A DNA stretch of 46,660 bases, from the NCBI GenBank assembly GCA_045648885.1, contig JAZROV010000014.1, positions 1 to 46,660 of the forward strand, read 5' to 3'. Both the position numbers and the translations under genes were made by a program. The notes below the pieces were generated by a model. The model made no database searches, was not told the origin of the DNA, and was given only the letters and a program-made list of their open reading frames with translations. This document shows, one piece after another, positions 19,601 through 30,296 of the stretch (its first letter is position 1; each line of letters begins with the position of its first letter). This DNA is from Candidatus Enterousia sp. (GTDB lineage: Bacteria; Pseudomonadota; Alphaproteobacteria; Rs-D84).

Positions 19601-20552
19601 GTCTTTTCCTAAAACTTGTTCGTTTTCCTTCTGGAACAATCAAAATTCTGTCATTTAATCTTCGAATCGTGCAATGTCCCAATGTAAATTTACAATCGCT
19701 TTGTAAATTACATAGTGCTTTTTTCAAAGAATTCAACCGCACAGGATAATCATTCCCCCCTATGATTTGAATCAACGATCCAAGGAACTTTAATCTAATT
19801 TCCTCTGCTTCGTCAAACAAAAAAGCAGTAGCAAACATCGCACCCCACGAACGAATGACCAATTCAATTCGCGACGAAATGTATTTATCGACCCATTCGC
19901 GCGTCCGCCCCAGATTTTGAATTGCCAGCAAAAGCCGCGAATCTGTTATTCCCAAATCATCATCTAATAAATGACGATTTTTACGAATTTTAACACGCGT
20001 GTAATGTTCATCACTGTTCATAGAATCGATAAAATATTTAATATTGTTATCATCACAATATTTTTTAATTTCAGCACGTGACACTTCTAATAACGGGCGC
20101 AAAATTTTAATGCCGTTGCGTTCAGATTGTGGCAACATCCCAGACAGACCATACAAACCACTGCCCCGCGATAAATTCATTAAAAACGTTTCAATCTGGT
20201 CATCAGATTGATGCGCTGTCAACAAATATTCAATATTATTTTCATGACAAAAATCTGTCATCATTTGATAGCGCGCTTCACGTGCGGCAGCTTCCAATCC
20301 ATTTTCAGGTTTTTCACCATCCCAATAAAAAATCTGGCATGGAACATCTAAATTTTTACAGACATTTTGAACATATTCAGTTTCGATGTCTGCTTCGCGA
20401 CGCAAACGATGATTTACATGCAAACAGACAACATTCGCACCGATTTTATGCAGCCAATATAATAAACACATAGAATCAACACCACCACTGACCGCGACAG
20501 CCATGCGAATATTTTTGTATTTATTCATAAAATCTATAAATTTTTGATTCAT
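19575..20552 (-). CDS. tilS: tRNA(Ile)-lysidine synthase
   Basis: AVSGGVDS PP-loop, HVNHRLR, AREARY, TAHQSDDQIET, RPLL; tilS-ftsH synteny. Confidence 0.92.
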   Translation of the reverse strand: MNQKFIDFMNKYKNIRMAVAVSGGVDSMCLLYWLHKIGANVVCLHVNHRLRREADIETEYVQNVCKNLDVPCQIFYWDGEKPENGLEAAAREARYQMMTDFCHENNIEYLLTAHQSDDQIETFLMNLSRGSGLYGLSGMLPQSERNGIKILRPLLEVSRAEIKKYCDDNNIKYFIDSMNSDEHYTRVKIRKNRHLLDDDLGITDSRLLLAIQNLGRTREWVDKYISSRIELVIRSWGAMFATAFLFDEAEEIRLKFLGSLIQIIGGNDYPVRLNSLKKALCNLQSDCKFTLGHCTIRRLNDRILIVPEGKRTSFRKRHEKRKKYI

Positions 20553-20599
20553 AATTGACTATTTTATGTTATAATTTCGAAAAATAAAGGAAAAATACG

Positions 20600-21181
20600 A
20601 TGAATAAAAAAATTAAATCAGTAGCAGTATATTGTGGACATCAACCTGGAACGAACCCTGAATTTACTCGTGATGCCCAGCGCATTGGCGAATTGTTGGC
20701 CCGTAATAAAATCACTTTGGTTTTTGGTGGCGGCAACGTTGGTTTAATGGGCGCGGTATCCAGCGCGGCATTGGACAACGGCGGCCAGGTTATTGGCATT
20801 TCAACCACACACGTTTTATCATTGCAAGAACCAGCCCTGGAAGGAATCGATGTTAAAATCGTAGACGGACTTTCCACCCGCAAACAAGAAATGTATGATT
20901 TATCTGACGCGTTTGTAATCTTGCCGGGCGGCATGGGGACTTTGGATGAAATGACCGACATCATGACAAAACAACAGGTCGGCGAATCTTGCAAACCTAT
21001 ATTTTTAATGAACACCGCAAAATATTGGGAATTTTTCGGTGAAGTAATGGTTCATATGCAAAACGCAGGTTTTATTGAAAATCCTGACGATTATAACATA
21101 CACATCGTCAACACACCTGATGAATTGATACAAAATTTAATCGATTGTGATAGTTTTTTCGCGAAATGCAAGGCCCTTTGA
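20600..21181 (+). CDS. LOG-family nucleotide phosphoribohydrolase
   Basis: GGGNVGLMG, RK and PGGMGTLDE motifs. Confidence 0.88.
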   Translation: MNKKIKSVAVYCGHQPGTNPEFTRDAQRIGELLARNKITLVFGGGNVGLMGAVSSAALDNGGQVIGISTTHVLSLQEPALEGIDVKIVDGLSTRKQEMYDLSDAFVILPGGMGTLDEMTDIMTKQQVGESCKPIFLMNTAKYWEFFGEVMVHMQNAGFIENPDDYNIHIVNTPDELIQNLIDCDSFFAKCKAL

Positions 21182-21367
21182 TATCTTGATTCGCGATTTT
21201 GGAACATCAAAATATTCAGACAACAATTCAATAACCGCCCCATTGGCACGACCTTTTTCTGGGGCGGTTGTTGTATAAACGCGCAAAACACCGTCGCTTT
21301 CTACGACTTTGTTTTGTTTGGCATGCGGCGTGACGCGCACTTTAAAATTCTTCGACAAATCTTTCAT
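21137..21367 (-). CDS. DUF167 (YggU-like) protein
   Basis: VRVTPHAK..APEKGRAN..LSEYFDVPKSRIKI.KG motif. Confidence 0.82.
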   Translation of the reverse strand: MKDLSKNFKVRVTPHAKQNKVVESDGVLRVYTTTAPEKGRANGAVIELLSEYFDVPKSRIKISKGLAFREKTITID

Positions 21368-21698
21368 CGCTCATAATATGAATATGAAAATGCATAACAG
21401 ATTGCCCTGCCCCACGTCCAGTATTAGCAATCATTCTGAAATTATCGCGCAAGCCTAATTTTTCAACAGTATTACGCACCCCGCACCAAAAAGCCAATTG
21501 AACATCTGCCGGTGCATTTTGCGTAAAATCAAAAACATCTGTATATTCGCCACGCGGTATCACCAAAACATGAACACGCGCCCGTGGTGAAACGTCATAA
21601 AATGCCAAAACGTTATCATCACTGTATACCGTTTTATTTGGAATTTGACCATTTAAAATTTTTGCAAAAACATTATTTTTATCATACATCAAAACCAC
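21342..21698 (-). CDS. HIT-family nucleotide hydrolase
   Basis: YDKNNVFAKIL, HVLVIP, GQSVMHFHIH histidine triad. Confidence 0.9.
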   Translation of the reverse strand: MVLMYDKNNVFAKILNGQIPNKTVYSDDNVLAFYDVSPRARVHVLVIPRGEYTDVFDFTQNAPADVQLAFWCGVRNTVEKLGLRDNFRMIANTGRGAGQSVMHFHIHIMSDERFVEEF

Positions 21699-21756
21699 CT
21701 TTTGTTTTTATTACCGATGGGAATATAATACACTTCAATCTATTATAAAATCAAGA

Positions 21757-21784
21757 CTTGAAATACGAAATTTTTTCACTATAT
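21757..21784 (+). promoter_or_regulatory. RpoH (sigma32)-type promoter of groESL
   Basis: CTTGAA-N16-CTATAT resembles the alphaproteobacterial RpoH consensus. No CIRCE element seen. Confidence 0.55.
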
Positions 21785-21810
21785 TTCACGCATAGCAAAG
21801 GAGTTATATT

Positions 21811-22095
21811 ATGTTTAAACCATTGCATAATTATGTTCTGCTGGAAAGAATCGAAGAAGAAAACAAAACAGCAGGCGGAATTATTATTCCTGATAACGCA
21901 AAAGAAAAACCATCTCATGGTCGTGTAATCGCGGTTGGCGACGGCATATTTGAAAACGGACAAAAAATACCGATGACGGTAAAACCGAATGATGTTATAT
22001 TGTTTGCCAAATGGGCGTCGTCTGCGAACGAAGTCAAAATTGACGGACACGATTATGTTTTAATCAAAGAATCTGATATACTCGGAATTTTATAA
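21811..22095 (+). CDS. groES: Co-chaperonin GroES
   Basis: FKPLH..., [21 protein letters not shown]. Confidence 0.96.
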   Translation: MFKPLHNYVLLERIEEENKTAGGIIIPDNAKEKPSHGRVIAVGDGIFENGQKIPMTVKPNDVILFAKWASSANEVKIDGHDYVLIKESDILGIL

Positions 22096-22110
22096 AAAGG
22101 AATTAAACAA

Positions 22111-23733
22111 ATGGCAAAAGAAATTGTTTTTAACACAGATAAATTATCAATTGGTGTTGATAAATTGGCAGACGCTGTAAAAATCACTATGGGGCCAAAG
22201 GGTCGCACAGTTGTCATCGAACGTTCGTATGGCGCGCCAATCGCAACCAAAGACGGTGTCACCGTTGCAAAAGAAGTTTCATTAAAAGATCCAACTGAAA
22301 ACATCGGCGCAAAAATGATTCAAGAAGTTGCGAAACGTGCCGGCGACAGTGCTGGGGACGGAACTACGACTGCAACCGTGTTGGCACAAAACCTTTTCCG
22401 TGCAGGCCGTCGTGTAATCGCAGCAGGTATGAATCCTATGGACATTAAACGCGGTATTGATATCGCTGTTGACGCCGTTGTGAAAGACATTGAAAAACAC
22501 GCACGACCGGTCAAAGATTCATCTGAAATCGCCCAGGTTGCAACTATTTCTGCAAACAGTGATTCTGAAATCGGACAAAAAATCGCGGATGCTATGGACA
22601 AAGTCGGCAAAGAAGGCGTCATCACAGTCCAAGAAGCAAAAGGTCTGAACACTGAAATCGATGTCGTCGAAGGAATGCAATTCGACCAAGGTTTCATGTC
22701 GCCCTATTTCGTCACGAACAGCGAAAAAATGTTGGCAGAATTGGAAAACGCACAAATTCTGGTATCTGAAAAAAAGATTACTGGTTTGCAGGCATTATTG
22801 CCAATTTTGGAACCAATTGCTCAATCTGGTCGTCCGCTTTTGATTATTGCCGAAGATGTCGAATCTGAAGCATTGGCGACATTGGTGTTAAATCGTCTGC
22901 GTGGGGGGTTGAAAGTTTGCGCAGTGAAAGCCCCAGGCTTTGGCGATCGTCGCAAAGAAATGTTAAAAGATATCGCGATTGTGACTGGCGCAACAGTTAT
23001 ATCTGATGATATGGGTATGACATTTGAAAATATCACACCGGCGGTTCTGGGGTCTGCCAAACGCGTTGTTGTATCCAAAGATAAAACTTTGTTAGTCAAC
23101 GGCAACGGCGACAAAGATGCGATTAAAAACCGCGCTGATGAAATCCGCAAATCTATTTCCACATCAACCAGCGATTATGACCGCGAAAAATTGGCTGAAC
23201 GGTTGGCTAAATTGGTCGGCGGCGTCGCGGTCATCCATGTTGGCGGTATGACAGAAGTCGAAGTCAAAGAAAAGAAAGATCGTGTTGATGACGCATTGGC
23301 TGCAACCCGCGCTGCAGTCGAAGACGGTATTGTCGCTGGTGGCGGTGTCGCATTGGTTCGTGCAGTAGAATCTTTGAAAGATTTACACGGTGCAAATTCT
23401 GACCAAGATGTCGGCATTGATATCGTCAGAAAAGCAATTATTTCACCATGTATGCAAATTGCAGAAAATGCAGGTGTATCCGGCGAAATCGTTGTAGGCA
23501 AATTGATGGAAAACAAAGATTACAATTTCGGATACAACGCACAAACTGGCGAATACGTAGATATGATGAAATCTGGAATTATTGACCCAGCCAAAGTGGT
23601 AAAAACCGCGATCCAGGCGGCCGCATCAACCGCGGGTGTATTATTGACCACAGGCGCAGTTATGTCTGAAATTCCCGAAGAAAAATCTTGCTGTGGCGGC
23701 CACAACGGTGGTGCAATGCCCGGTATGATGTAA
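22111..23733 (+). CDS. groEL: Chaperonin GroEL
   Basis: [35 protein letters not shown], Gly/Met tail. Confidence 0.97.
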   Translation: MAKEIVFNTDKLSIGVDKLADAVKITMGPKGRTVVIERSYGAPIATKDGVTVAKEVSLKDPTENIGAKMIQEVAKRAGDSAGDGTTTATVLAQNLFRAGRRVIAAGMNPMDIKRGIDIAVDAVVKDIEKHARPVKDSSEIAQVATISANSDSEIGQKIADAMDKVGKEGVITVQEAKGLNTEIDVVEGMQFDQGFMSPYFVTNSEKMLAELENAQILVSEKKITGLQALLPILEPIAQSGRPLLIIAEDVESEALATLVLNRLRGGLKVCAVKAPGFGDRRKEMLKDIAIVTGATVISDDMGMTFENITPAVLGSAKRVVVSKDKTLLVNGNGDKDAIKNRADEIRKSISTSTSDYDREKLAERLAKLVGGVAVIHVGGMTEVEVKEKKDRVDDALAATRAAVEDGIVAGGGVALVRAVESLKDLHGANSDQDVGIDIVRKAIISPCMQIAENAGVSGEIVVGKLMENKDYNFGYNAQTGEYVDMMKSGIIDPAKVVKTAIQAAASTAGVLLTTGAVMSEIPEEKSCCGGHNGGAMPGMM

Positions 23734-23741
23734 AAAAATCT

Positions 23742-23777
23742 AAAAAAAATATCCCGCAATTTGCGGGATGTTTTTTT
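23742..23777. terminator. Bidirectional terminator
   Basis: ATCCCGCAA-T-TTGCGGGAT flanked by A and T runs. Confidence 0.8.
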
Positions 23778-24486
23778 ATCTGGCATTATATAAAGCATAT
23801 GACAATTCTGATTCACGATATTTTGCCAAAGTCTTTTCTCTGCCATTATATTTTATAAAATCTTTACCATTTGACAAACGTGTTGCAATACCATCTATTT
23901 GTTGATTGTTGTTCACATAAACAAAGATTGGTTGATGTTCATATTGTTTCAATGAATTTATATCAATTTCCAGATTTAATTTCGCATTTAATTCATCACA
24001 CCATTCAAACACAGGTATAATACCACTGACAGGTTTTGACAATTTTTTGCCCAAATAAAAACCAGGTCTGCGATAATCATATCCATGCGTTTGATAAAAA
24101 TGAATTGCATTATCCAAAGGCATCAATAACATATCTGATTTTATTAAACTGGCAGATTGTTCCGCTGATTGTAATAACTTTGTTCCGACGCCGAAACCGT
24201 GATAGATTGGATCTACGAATAAACTGTCCAGTTTTATTCCATCGCTCATCGTGTATCCGTCTGAAAAACCAATCATTTCATTTTTATAGAATCCTGCGAA
24301 TGCAAACGCATTTTGTTCATTGGCATTTTCTTTGTGATATTTCCAACACGATTGAATGTATTCTGGGATATAAACCCCGCCCAACCAATTATTACAACGT
24401 AATTCAATACGTTCAAATTCTTTGCAGATTTCATCTGAAAGATTAAAAATCGGTCGTATTTCAAAATTTAAAATTTCTTTATACAT
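23776..24486 (-). CDS. GNAT-family N-acetyltransferase
   Basis: LFVDPIYHGFGVGTKLL acetyl-CoA motif A and NAIHFYQTHGY. Confidence 0.8.
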   Translation of the reverse strand: MYKEILNFEIRPIFNLSDEICKEFERIELRCNNWLGGVYIPEYIQSCWKYHKENANEQNAFAFAGFYKNEMIGFSDGYTMSDGIKLDSLFVDPIYHGFGVGTKLLQSAEQSASLIKSDMLLMPLDNAIHFYQTHGYDYRRPGFYLGKKLSKPVSGIIPVFEWCDELNAKLNLEIDINSLKQYEHQPIFVYVNNNQQIDGIATRLSNGKDFIKYNGREKTLAKYRESELSYALYNAR

Positions 24487-24605
24487 TCTTCATCCTATGT
24501 CACCTTATATATTTTATACAAAATATTTTTTATGTCAACATATATCTCAAAATTTGCAAATACGCTAAAATACTGATAAAATTATCAACAACAAAGGTGA
24601 AAACT

Positions 24606-25373
24606 ATGTCAAAAAGATTCAGAAAGATTTGGAAAAAATTTTGGACACCAATTCTGCATAATTCTGTTGTCCAGTGGATATTGGTTGGAATATTGGGTGG
24701 CATAACTTGGTTTATATTCCTGACATCGCGTCATAAATTCACAAACATCCAATCGTTAAAACAATATCGCGACAAACCGGCGGTCTTTGTATTTTTCCAC
24801 GGACGCTGTTCAATGTTGTCACCGGTTATAAAATCTGCACACATACGCGCATATTGCGTTGCTTCGCGCCACAAAGACGGCCGCATGATGGCACGTTTGC
24901 AACGGTTATTTGGTATGCGTGCGATCTATGGTTCAACATCTGATGGTGCTGTCGCGGTTTTACGCACTGGCGTCCGTGTAATGCGAGAAAACAATGTTTC
25001 GATGTGTGTTCCGGTTGATGGTCCGTCTGGTCCATCGCTGCACGTCCAAGACGGCGCATTGTATTTTGCCCGAATGACAGGCGCACCGATTATCCCGTGT
25101 TGTTTTTCTTGTTCACGACCAATTTATATGAATCGATGGGATAAATTTATGATACCGAAATTATTCGGAACAATATCATGCAACATTGGCGACCCGATTT
25201 ACATAGATTCGAAATTGACCGGCGAAGCATTTGATAAAAAACGCCAAGAAATTCAAAACATTATGCAAAAGCAATTACGTGAAATGGACGCTGAATTTAA
25301 TTTACCAGTTATCGAAAGCGGTCTGGACGCAACAACATATAAAGAAAAAATTCGCGCTCAAAAGAAACGATAA
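24606..25373 (+). CDS. DUF374 / lysophospholipid acyltransferase family protein
   Basis: FFHGR, ASRHKDG, VDGPSGP and WDKF motifs. Alternative GTG start at 24597. Confidence 0.75.
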   Translation: MSKRFRKIWKKFWTPILHNSVVQWILVGILGGITWFIFLTSRHKFTNIQSLKQYRDKPAVFVFFHGRCSMLSPVIKSAHIRAYCVASRHKDGRMMARLQRLFGMRAIYGSTSDGAVAVLRTGVRVMRENNVSMCVPVDGPSGPSLHVQDGALYFARMTGAPIIPCCFSCSRPIYMNRWDKFMIPKLFGTISCNIGDPIYIDSKLTGEAFDKKRQEIQNIMQKQLREMDAEFNLPVIESGLDATTYKEKIRAQKKR

Positions 25374-25403
25374 AAAAACCGCCGTAACCGGCGGTTTTTT
25401 TTT
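25372..25403. terminator. Bidirectional terminator
   Basis: AAAAAAACCGCCG-TAAC-CGGCGGTTTTTTT. Confidence 0.8.
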
Positions 25404-25442
25404 ATGATTCGCACCCATTATAACAAACAGTTATAAAACTTT

Positions 25443-25817
25443 TTATTTAGTTTTTGCCAAAAATTCTACTGTTGCCAGTTGTTCTGGATTCATTTCAGAT
25501 TTTTGCACAGAAATTTTTCCCATTTCTTCTCTTGCCGTTTTCACAGCTTTAACAGCATCTAACATCAATTTCAAAGTATTATCCGACCATGCCATAGGTC
25601 TGTCGTCCACATGCAAGAAAATCTTATCAAAACCTTTTAAACTATGCGATATTGTAAAAATAGTTCTTGAACCTTTCGTCACAGAAAAAACTTCACTTGT
25701 ATTTTCTCCTGTCATACCATCCTTAGTGTTACCACCAGTAATTTTAACATCAGGATCATACAAGCGCCCCAACAAAATCAGTGCCACCGATCTTTCAAAA
25801 GACTCTGCTTTCATCAT
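25443..25817 (-). CDS. Hypothetical protein
   Basis: 124-aa ORF with SD AAAGGAG; no recognisable motif. Confidence 0.65.
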   Translation of the reverse strand: MMKAESFERSVALILLGRLYDPDVKITGGNTKDGMTGENTSEVFSVTKGSRTIFTISHSLKGFDKIFLHVDDRPMAWSDNTLKLMLDAVKAVKTAREEMGKISVQKSEMNPEQLATVEFLAKTK

Positions 25818-25964
25818 AAAAACTCCTTTGATAACAAACTTCTACCTACCAGTAATAATTGCAAAAACAAACATCAAAGTCAACACAGTTTTAATCTGTC
25901 CAAAACACAAACAATACACCGCCCATTTGGGCGGTGTTTGCAATTCAAACATATAAACACATTT

Positions 25965-28900
25965 TTAAAATGCTTTGAATCTGTATGTTGTTCCTGCGCG
26001 GAATGAAACATCCGAACTGGACACGCCGGCACCCGCATTCACAGACCATCTCTTAGACAATCCCATCGCAGCACCGAACGCAGCAGCCGATTGACCATTG
26101 TAATATCCATATCCGCCACTGACTGCCACTTCACCCTTTTGCACGCCGGACGCAGCCACAGATGTCAACGCAATCGCACTGGCGATACCAGAAGACAAAT
26201 CTTTGTCCAATTTTTCGATACGTTGATCGGTGTACGCGACAGATTGATTCAGCGTCAAAGCATTATTCGCTGCCATTGCATTATTCAACGTTGCAATCGC
26301 AGCCGTATTTCCATTGATTGCGACTGTGTTTTCATCGATTGCGCCCTGGATAGTTGTCGCAGTCAACCCAGACACAGTATTATCATAATCTGCATCTGCC
26401 GCAGTATTTTTCACAGTATTCGCAACCGAACCAGCGATATCCACACCACCGTTCAGCGTCAATATTGCATCAGCATTTGTTTTCGCCTGGGTATCCAACG
26501 CGGTCAACGCAGCCCCCACAGTATGTGTTGCATCTGCATCGACATACGAATTGGTTGTTGAATCGTATCCATTAGACCCAGCGATATAATTGCCTGCATT
26601 CCAATCGCCCAGTTGATCATGCATACTTGAATTATTCACCAATTTATTACTGAACACGACATCGTCACCGTCTTGGGTAACATCGGTATAATAATTCATA
26701 TTGCCCGAGAAAGTTAAATCATCGGCCAACGCAGCACCACTAAGATTCAACGTATACGAACCCTGGGATCCATATTCATTTGAAACGATGTTGATGTTTT
26801 TGACCACAGATGTTGATGCATCCGCAAAGCGGTCGATATCACCCGATACACTGGCCAATTCAGCATCGACATACAAATCTGCACCGGACACAGTCCCAGA
26901 CACATTATCTATCGCTTTGTTTTGCGTATTCAAATTTCCGCCGACCAAAGCGCCATCGAAATCTGCACCCAACGCCAATTTCACAGTATTCCCGGACGCA
27001 GTGTTATTAAAGTGCGTTGTTCCGTTGACTAAATTCGTCACCCCAGAACCGGTAATTGTTGCGCCCGATTCGAAAGTGACATCATTTGTCATATTTGCAA
27101 CACCATTATTTGCTAATACCGCTGTTGCTGTGAATGTATCGTTATCGAACGACGCAGTCCCTGTATTTGTGACTGTCGCAGAATACGTTGTCGGGTCAGA
27201 ATACAGCGTCCCCGCATTATTCAACGCGACATTAACATTTGAATTATTGATGTACAACACGGCTGTTTCGACATTGTTCAGCGCACCGTTTCCTGCCAAT
27301 TTCAAATCGTTGATTTCAACAATTGCGCCATCTGCGATTGTCAAATTCGCATCAGCCAATTCCAGCCCCTGGTCAGCATCATCAATTCCGTCGCCATTCA
27401 GCACGAAATTGTTTTGAATTTGTTTACTGATTGCCAATTGTTCATCTTCGGTCAATTGATATTGGATATTTTGAACTGTCGCAGACGCATCAGCCGCCGC
27501 CGCGACACCGCCGTCAAATCCGCGAACAATCATACTGCCATCGGCCGCAGACGTAGATTCGAACGTCGCACCATTTTCAGACGTCCATTGTGCTTCGCTG
27601 ATATCGACAGTCGCACCGTCAGACACGACCTGGATAGTTTTTGAACCTTTGCCAATATTGCCGATTAAATTACCGACTTTGTAATTGACAGTACTGCCCG
27701 AACCCGCAGCATACATATCTGCGACCCCGTCCAAGAAATTAACGTCGCCTTTGATATTGGCATTGTTATTCAAAGAGATAATTCCCGAATAATCATTGAT
27801 GACGTTATCAATAGTATTGATTGTCCCGCCACCATTGACAGTCATCACAGACCCGGCCAAATTAGAACCATCTGTCGCGCCATCCGACAACCACAATTCT
27901 GCGCCATTTACGACAGTGATTGTCTGGTTATTTATCGCGCCAGTTAAATTGACCGTCCCAGTACCTTTGATATTGACTTTGTTTGTTGCCAACGTGCTGG
28001 ATGCGCCATTAATACCGCCGTCCATTGCGAAATTTAACACATCATCAGCGGCAGCTGTGATATTGACAATGCCAGTGTTATAAATATCGCTGACATTTTC
28101 TTCGGCATTATTTTTGCTGCCACTGAACGATGTATCACCTGCGAAATTGACGATACCTTTGTTATAAATTATTCCGTCTTCGGCGACGTTATTTGTAAAT
28201 TCCGACGCCCCGTTGAAATTCACAGTCGAACTGGCAACATTATAAATTACACCTTTGCCGTACGAATCGTTATGGTTCACGACCAGACCATCACCAAAGG
28301 TTATCGTTGAATTAGCAGAATTATTATTCGCGACCACACCATCACCATTCATATAAACCCATGTAGAACCACCGCCTAAATCGAACAATGGGTCATGGTT
28401 ATCTTGGAACAACGCGTTATCGCCAATAGTTATACTGCTGCCATTTCCTTTGTTTGCCAAAGTAATAAACTGAGAATTTTTGAATTGCGCATTATCGCCG
28501 ATTACATAAGACCCACCGAAATTAGTAATCACACTGCCGTTGTAATCAAATACAGCATTATCACCGATAACGTGCACTGTGTTGCCTTCGTTATTAAGCG
28601 CTTGGCCGATATTGTGGAAATATGCATTATCGCCGATTGTGGTATGGCTGCCATTCATAGTAAAGATACCGGTATCATAGGCATCATCATAAATCGGGTC
28701 TTGATATGTTGTACGTGTGAACACCGCATTATCCCCGATGGTCAAAGTTCCAAAATTTTTGACATCGCTGCCACCGTATGGGTTTGAACCGTATTCAGCG
28801 GTATTATCTTTGAACAGCGCATTATCACCAACCGACAAATTTCCACCATTCGCATTATAAATCGCGCCCCCAGATTTTGAAGAGTTTCCAACGAAAGACG

Positions 28901-29387
28901 TATCATCACCAATTGTCATTGTACCGCTGTTGTAAATGGCGCCACCACCAATCGTCACAGTATTATTATTGAACGAAGTATTGGTTATATGTGCAGTACC
29001 TGTATTATAAATCGCACCACCCCACACAGAAGAATTATTTGTAAATGTTGAATTTGATATATCTAATACATTCCAGTTATTGATAATACCATTATAACCA
29101 TTTGAATTCCCGTTTTCCAAAGTTCCGAAAATCACATTGTCCAAAGTTAAATTACCACCATTTTCAACGATTGCCCAATCATTAGCAGCCCGTTCAGACA
29201 CGCCTGAAAAGGTTTCATTTGAAATAGTCAATTGGGTTCCATTGCCAACATTCAATGGCAATGTTGTTTCTGCCATTGCAGGTGCGGCGACCAGGCCTAA
29301 TGCGATGGCATTACATAAAATACCACGTTTCAAGACCGCCGAATACATCGCGGATAATTCTTTGATGGTTGTCTGTGATTGTTTCAT
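25965..29387 (-). CDS. Trimeric autotransporter adhesin with YadA-like anchor and Pmp-like beta-helix passenger
   Basis: SD AAAGGAG before ATG 29387, extended signal peptide, FxxN..GGAIYN and IGDNAxF repeats, coiled stalk, C-terminal SGIASAIAL...GYYNGQSAAAFG...F anchor. Confidence 0.85.
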   Translation of the reverse strand: MKQSQTTIKELSAMYSAVLKRGILCNAIALGLVAAPAMAETTLPLNVGNGTQLTISNETFSGVSERAANDWAIVENGGNLTLDNVIFGTLENGNSNGYNGIINNWNVLDISNSTFTNNSSVWGGAIYNTGTAHITNTSFNNNTVTIGGGAIYNSGTMTIGDDTSFVGNSSKSGGAIYNANGGNLSVGDNALFKDNTAEYGSNPYGGSDVKNFGTLTIGDNAVFTRTTYQDPIYDDAYDTGIFTMNGSHTTIGDNAYFHNIGQALNNEGNTVHVIGDNAVFDYNGSVITNFGGSYVIGDNAQFKNSQFITLANKGNGSSITIGDNALFQDNHDPLFDLGGGSTWVYMNGDGVVANNNSANSTITFGDGLVVNHNDSYGKGVIYNVASSTVNFNGASEFTNNVAEDGIIYNKGIVNFAGDTSFSGSKNNAEENVSDIYNTGIVNITAAADDVLNFAMDGGINGASSTLATNKVNIKGTGTVNLTGAINNQTITVVNGAELWLSDGATDGSNLAGSVMTVNGGGTINTIDNVINDYSGIISLNNNANIKGDVNFLDGVADMYAAGSGSTVNYKVGNLIGNIGKGSKTIQVVSDGATVDISEAQWTSENGATFESTSAADGSMIVRGFDGGVAAAADASATVQNIQYQLTEDEQLAISKQIQNNFVLNGDGIDDADQGLELADANLTIADGAIVEINDLKLAGNGALNNVETAVLYINNSNVNVALNNAGTLYSDPTTYSATVTNTGTASFDNDTFTATAVLANNGVANMTNDVTFESGATITGSGVTNLVNGTTHFNNTASGNTVKLALGADFDGALVGGNLNTQNKAIDNVSGTVSGADLYVDAELASVSGDIDRFADASTSVVKNINIVSNEYGSQGSYTLNLSGAALADDLTFSGNMNYYTDVTQDGDDVVFSNKLVNNSSMHDQLGDWNAGNYIAGSNGYDSTTNSYVDADATHTVGAALTALDTQAKTNADAILTLNGGVDIAGSVANTVKNTAADADYDNTVSGLTATTIQGAIDENTVAINGNTAAIATLNNAMAANNALTLNQSVAYTDQRIEKLDKDLSSGIASAIALTSVAASGVQKGEVAVSGGYGYYNGQSAAAFGAAMGLSKRWSVNAGAGVSSSDVSFRAGTTYRFKAF

Positions 29388-29538
29388 GGGGTTCTCTCCT
29401 TTGCTTATATTCCTAATGCCCAGCATAGCGAGTTAAAGGAAATAAATCAAATATTTCTTGTCCGCACCACCCACCGCGCGTTTGGGTGTATATACATAAA
29501 AACGAATCGCCCCGCTTGTCATTACGACGAAGCCTAAG

Positions 29539-30065
29539 TTCTCCCCCAACGGGGGAGTACGTTCGAAGAACGGGAGGGGGGTTACCCCCACCACCGCAAG
29601 CGGTCCCCCGCGCCCACGGGGCGGAATTTGGCTTGGGTGCATTGCTTGTTATTCTCCCCCAACGGGGGAGTGCGGCGCCAGCCGGAGGGGGGTCACCCCC
29701 ACCACCGCAAGTGGTCCCCTCCCCCCACGGGGGAGAATTTATTCCGCGACAAAGCCTAAGTTCTCCTCCGCCGGGGGAGTACGGCGCCAGCCGGAGGGGG
29801 GTCACCCCCACCACCGCAAGTGGTCCCCTCCCCCCACGGGGGAGAATTTAGTCTGCAACGTGTCCGCAATTCTCCCCCAACGGGGGAGTACGGCGCAGCC
29901 GGGAGGGGGGTCACCCCCACCACCGCAAGCGGTCCCCCGCCCCCATGGGGCGGAATTTAGCCTGGGTGCATTGCTTGTTATTCTCCCCCAACGGGGGAGT
30001 ATGCCCCACCCTTGCGGAGGGGCCGACGAGATAAAGCGTCAGCGTAAATCGAGTCGAGGGCGGGT
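29539..30065. repeat. Tandem array of GC-rich REP/BIME-like palindromic units
   Basis: Units start at 29539, 29652, 29761, 29870 and 29981 (periods 113, 109, 109, 111 bp). Each is an inverted pair joined at GGGGGT(C/T)ACCCCC. A variant unit lies at about 30001-30065. Confidence 0.9.
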
Positions 30066-30114
30066 CAGACAAAAATCTCAGACAGATAAATAATCAAGAA
30101 AAATATATTTTTAC

Positions 30115-30286
30115 CCGCCCCCGCATCGAACCAACGGTTCTCTGCGACCCCGCCGCAAGGGCGGGGTTTACAATTTTTACCCCGCCGCTGACGCGGCGGG
30201 GAAAACGCATTACGCATTACGCGGTAACGGCCGTTTCGTCCGTGGCCGACGGCAATTCGCATACTCGGCCGACGCATTGTCGGCCC
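30115..30286. other. Cluster of GC-rich hairpins immediately 3' of the Cys-rich gene
   Basis: On the minus strand: GGCCGAC-AATGC-GTCGGCC, CCCCGCCGC-GTCA-GCGGCGGGG and ACCCCGCC-CTTGC-GGCGGGGT. Confidence 0.7.
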
Positions 30287-30296
30287 TTTCGCTACA

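Noticed and set aside
23685-23733. Cys-Cys in the GroEL tail (KSCCGGH)
   Set aside because: The tail is variable and low-complexity; nothing here supports a special function.
29539-30000. CRISPR array
   Set aside because: The repeats are about 90 bp and degenerate, the linkers recur instead of being unique, copies are dispersed, and there are no cas genes in the window.
30001-30296. DGR template repeat next to the Cys-rich gene
   Set aside because: I found no adenine-rich copy of 30306-30440 here or elsewhere in the window, and no reverse transcriptase ORF.
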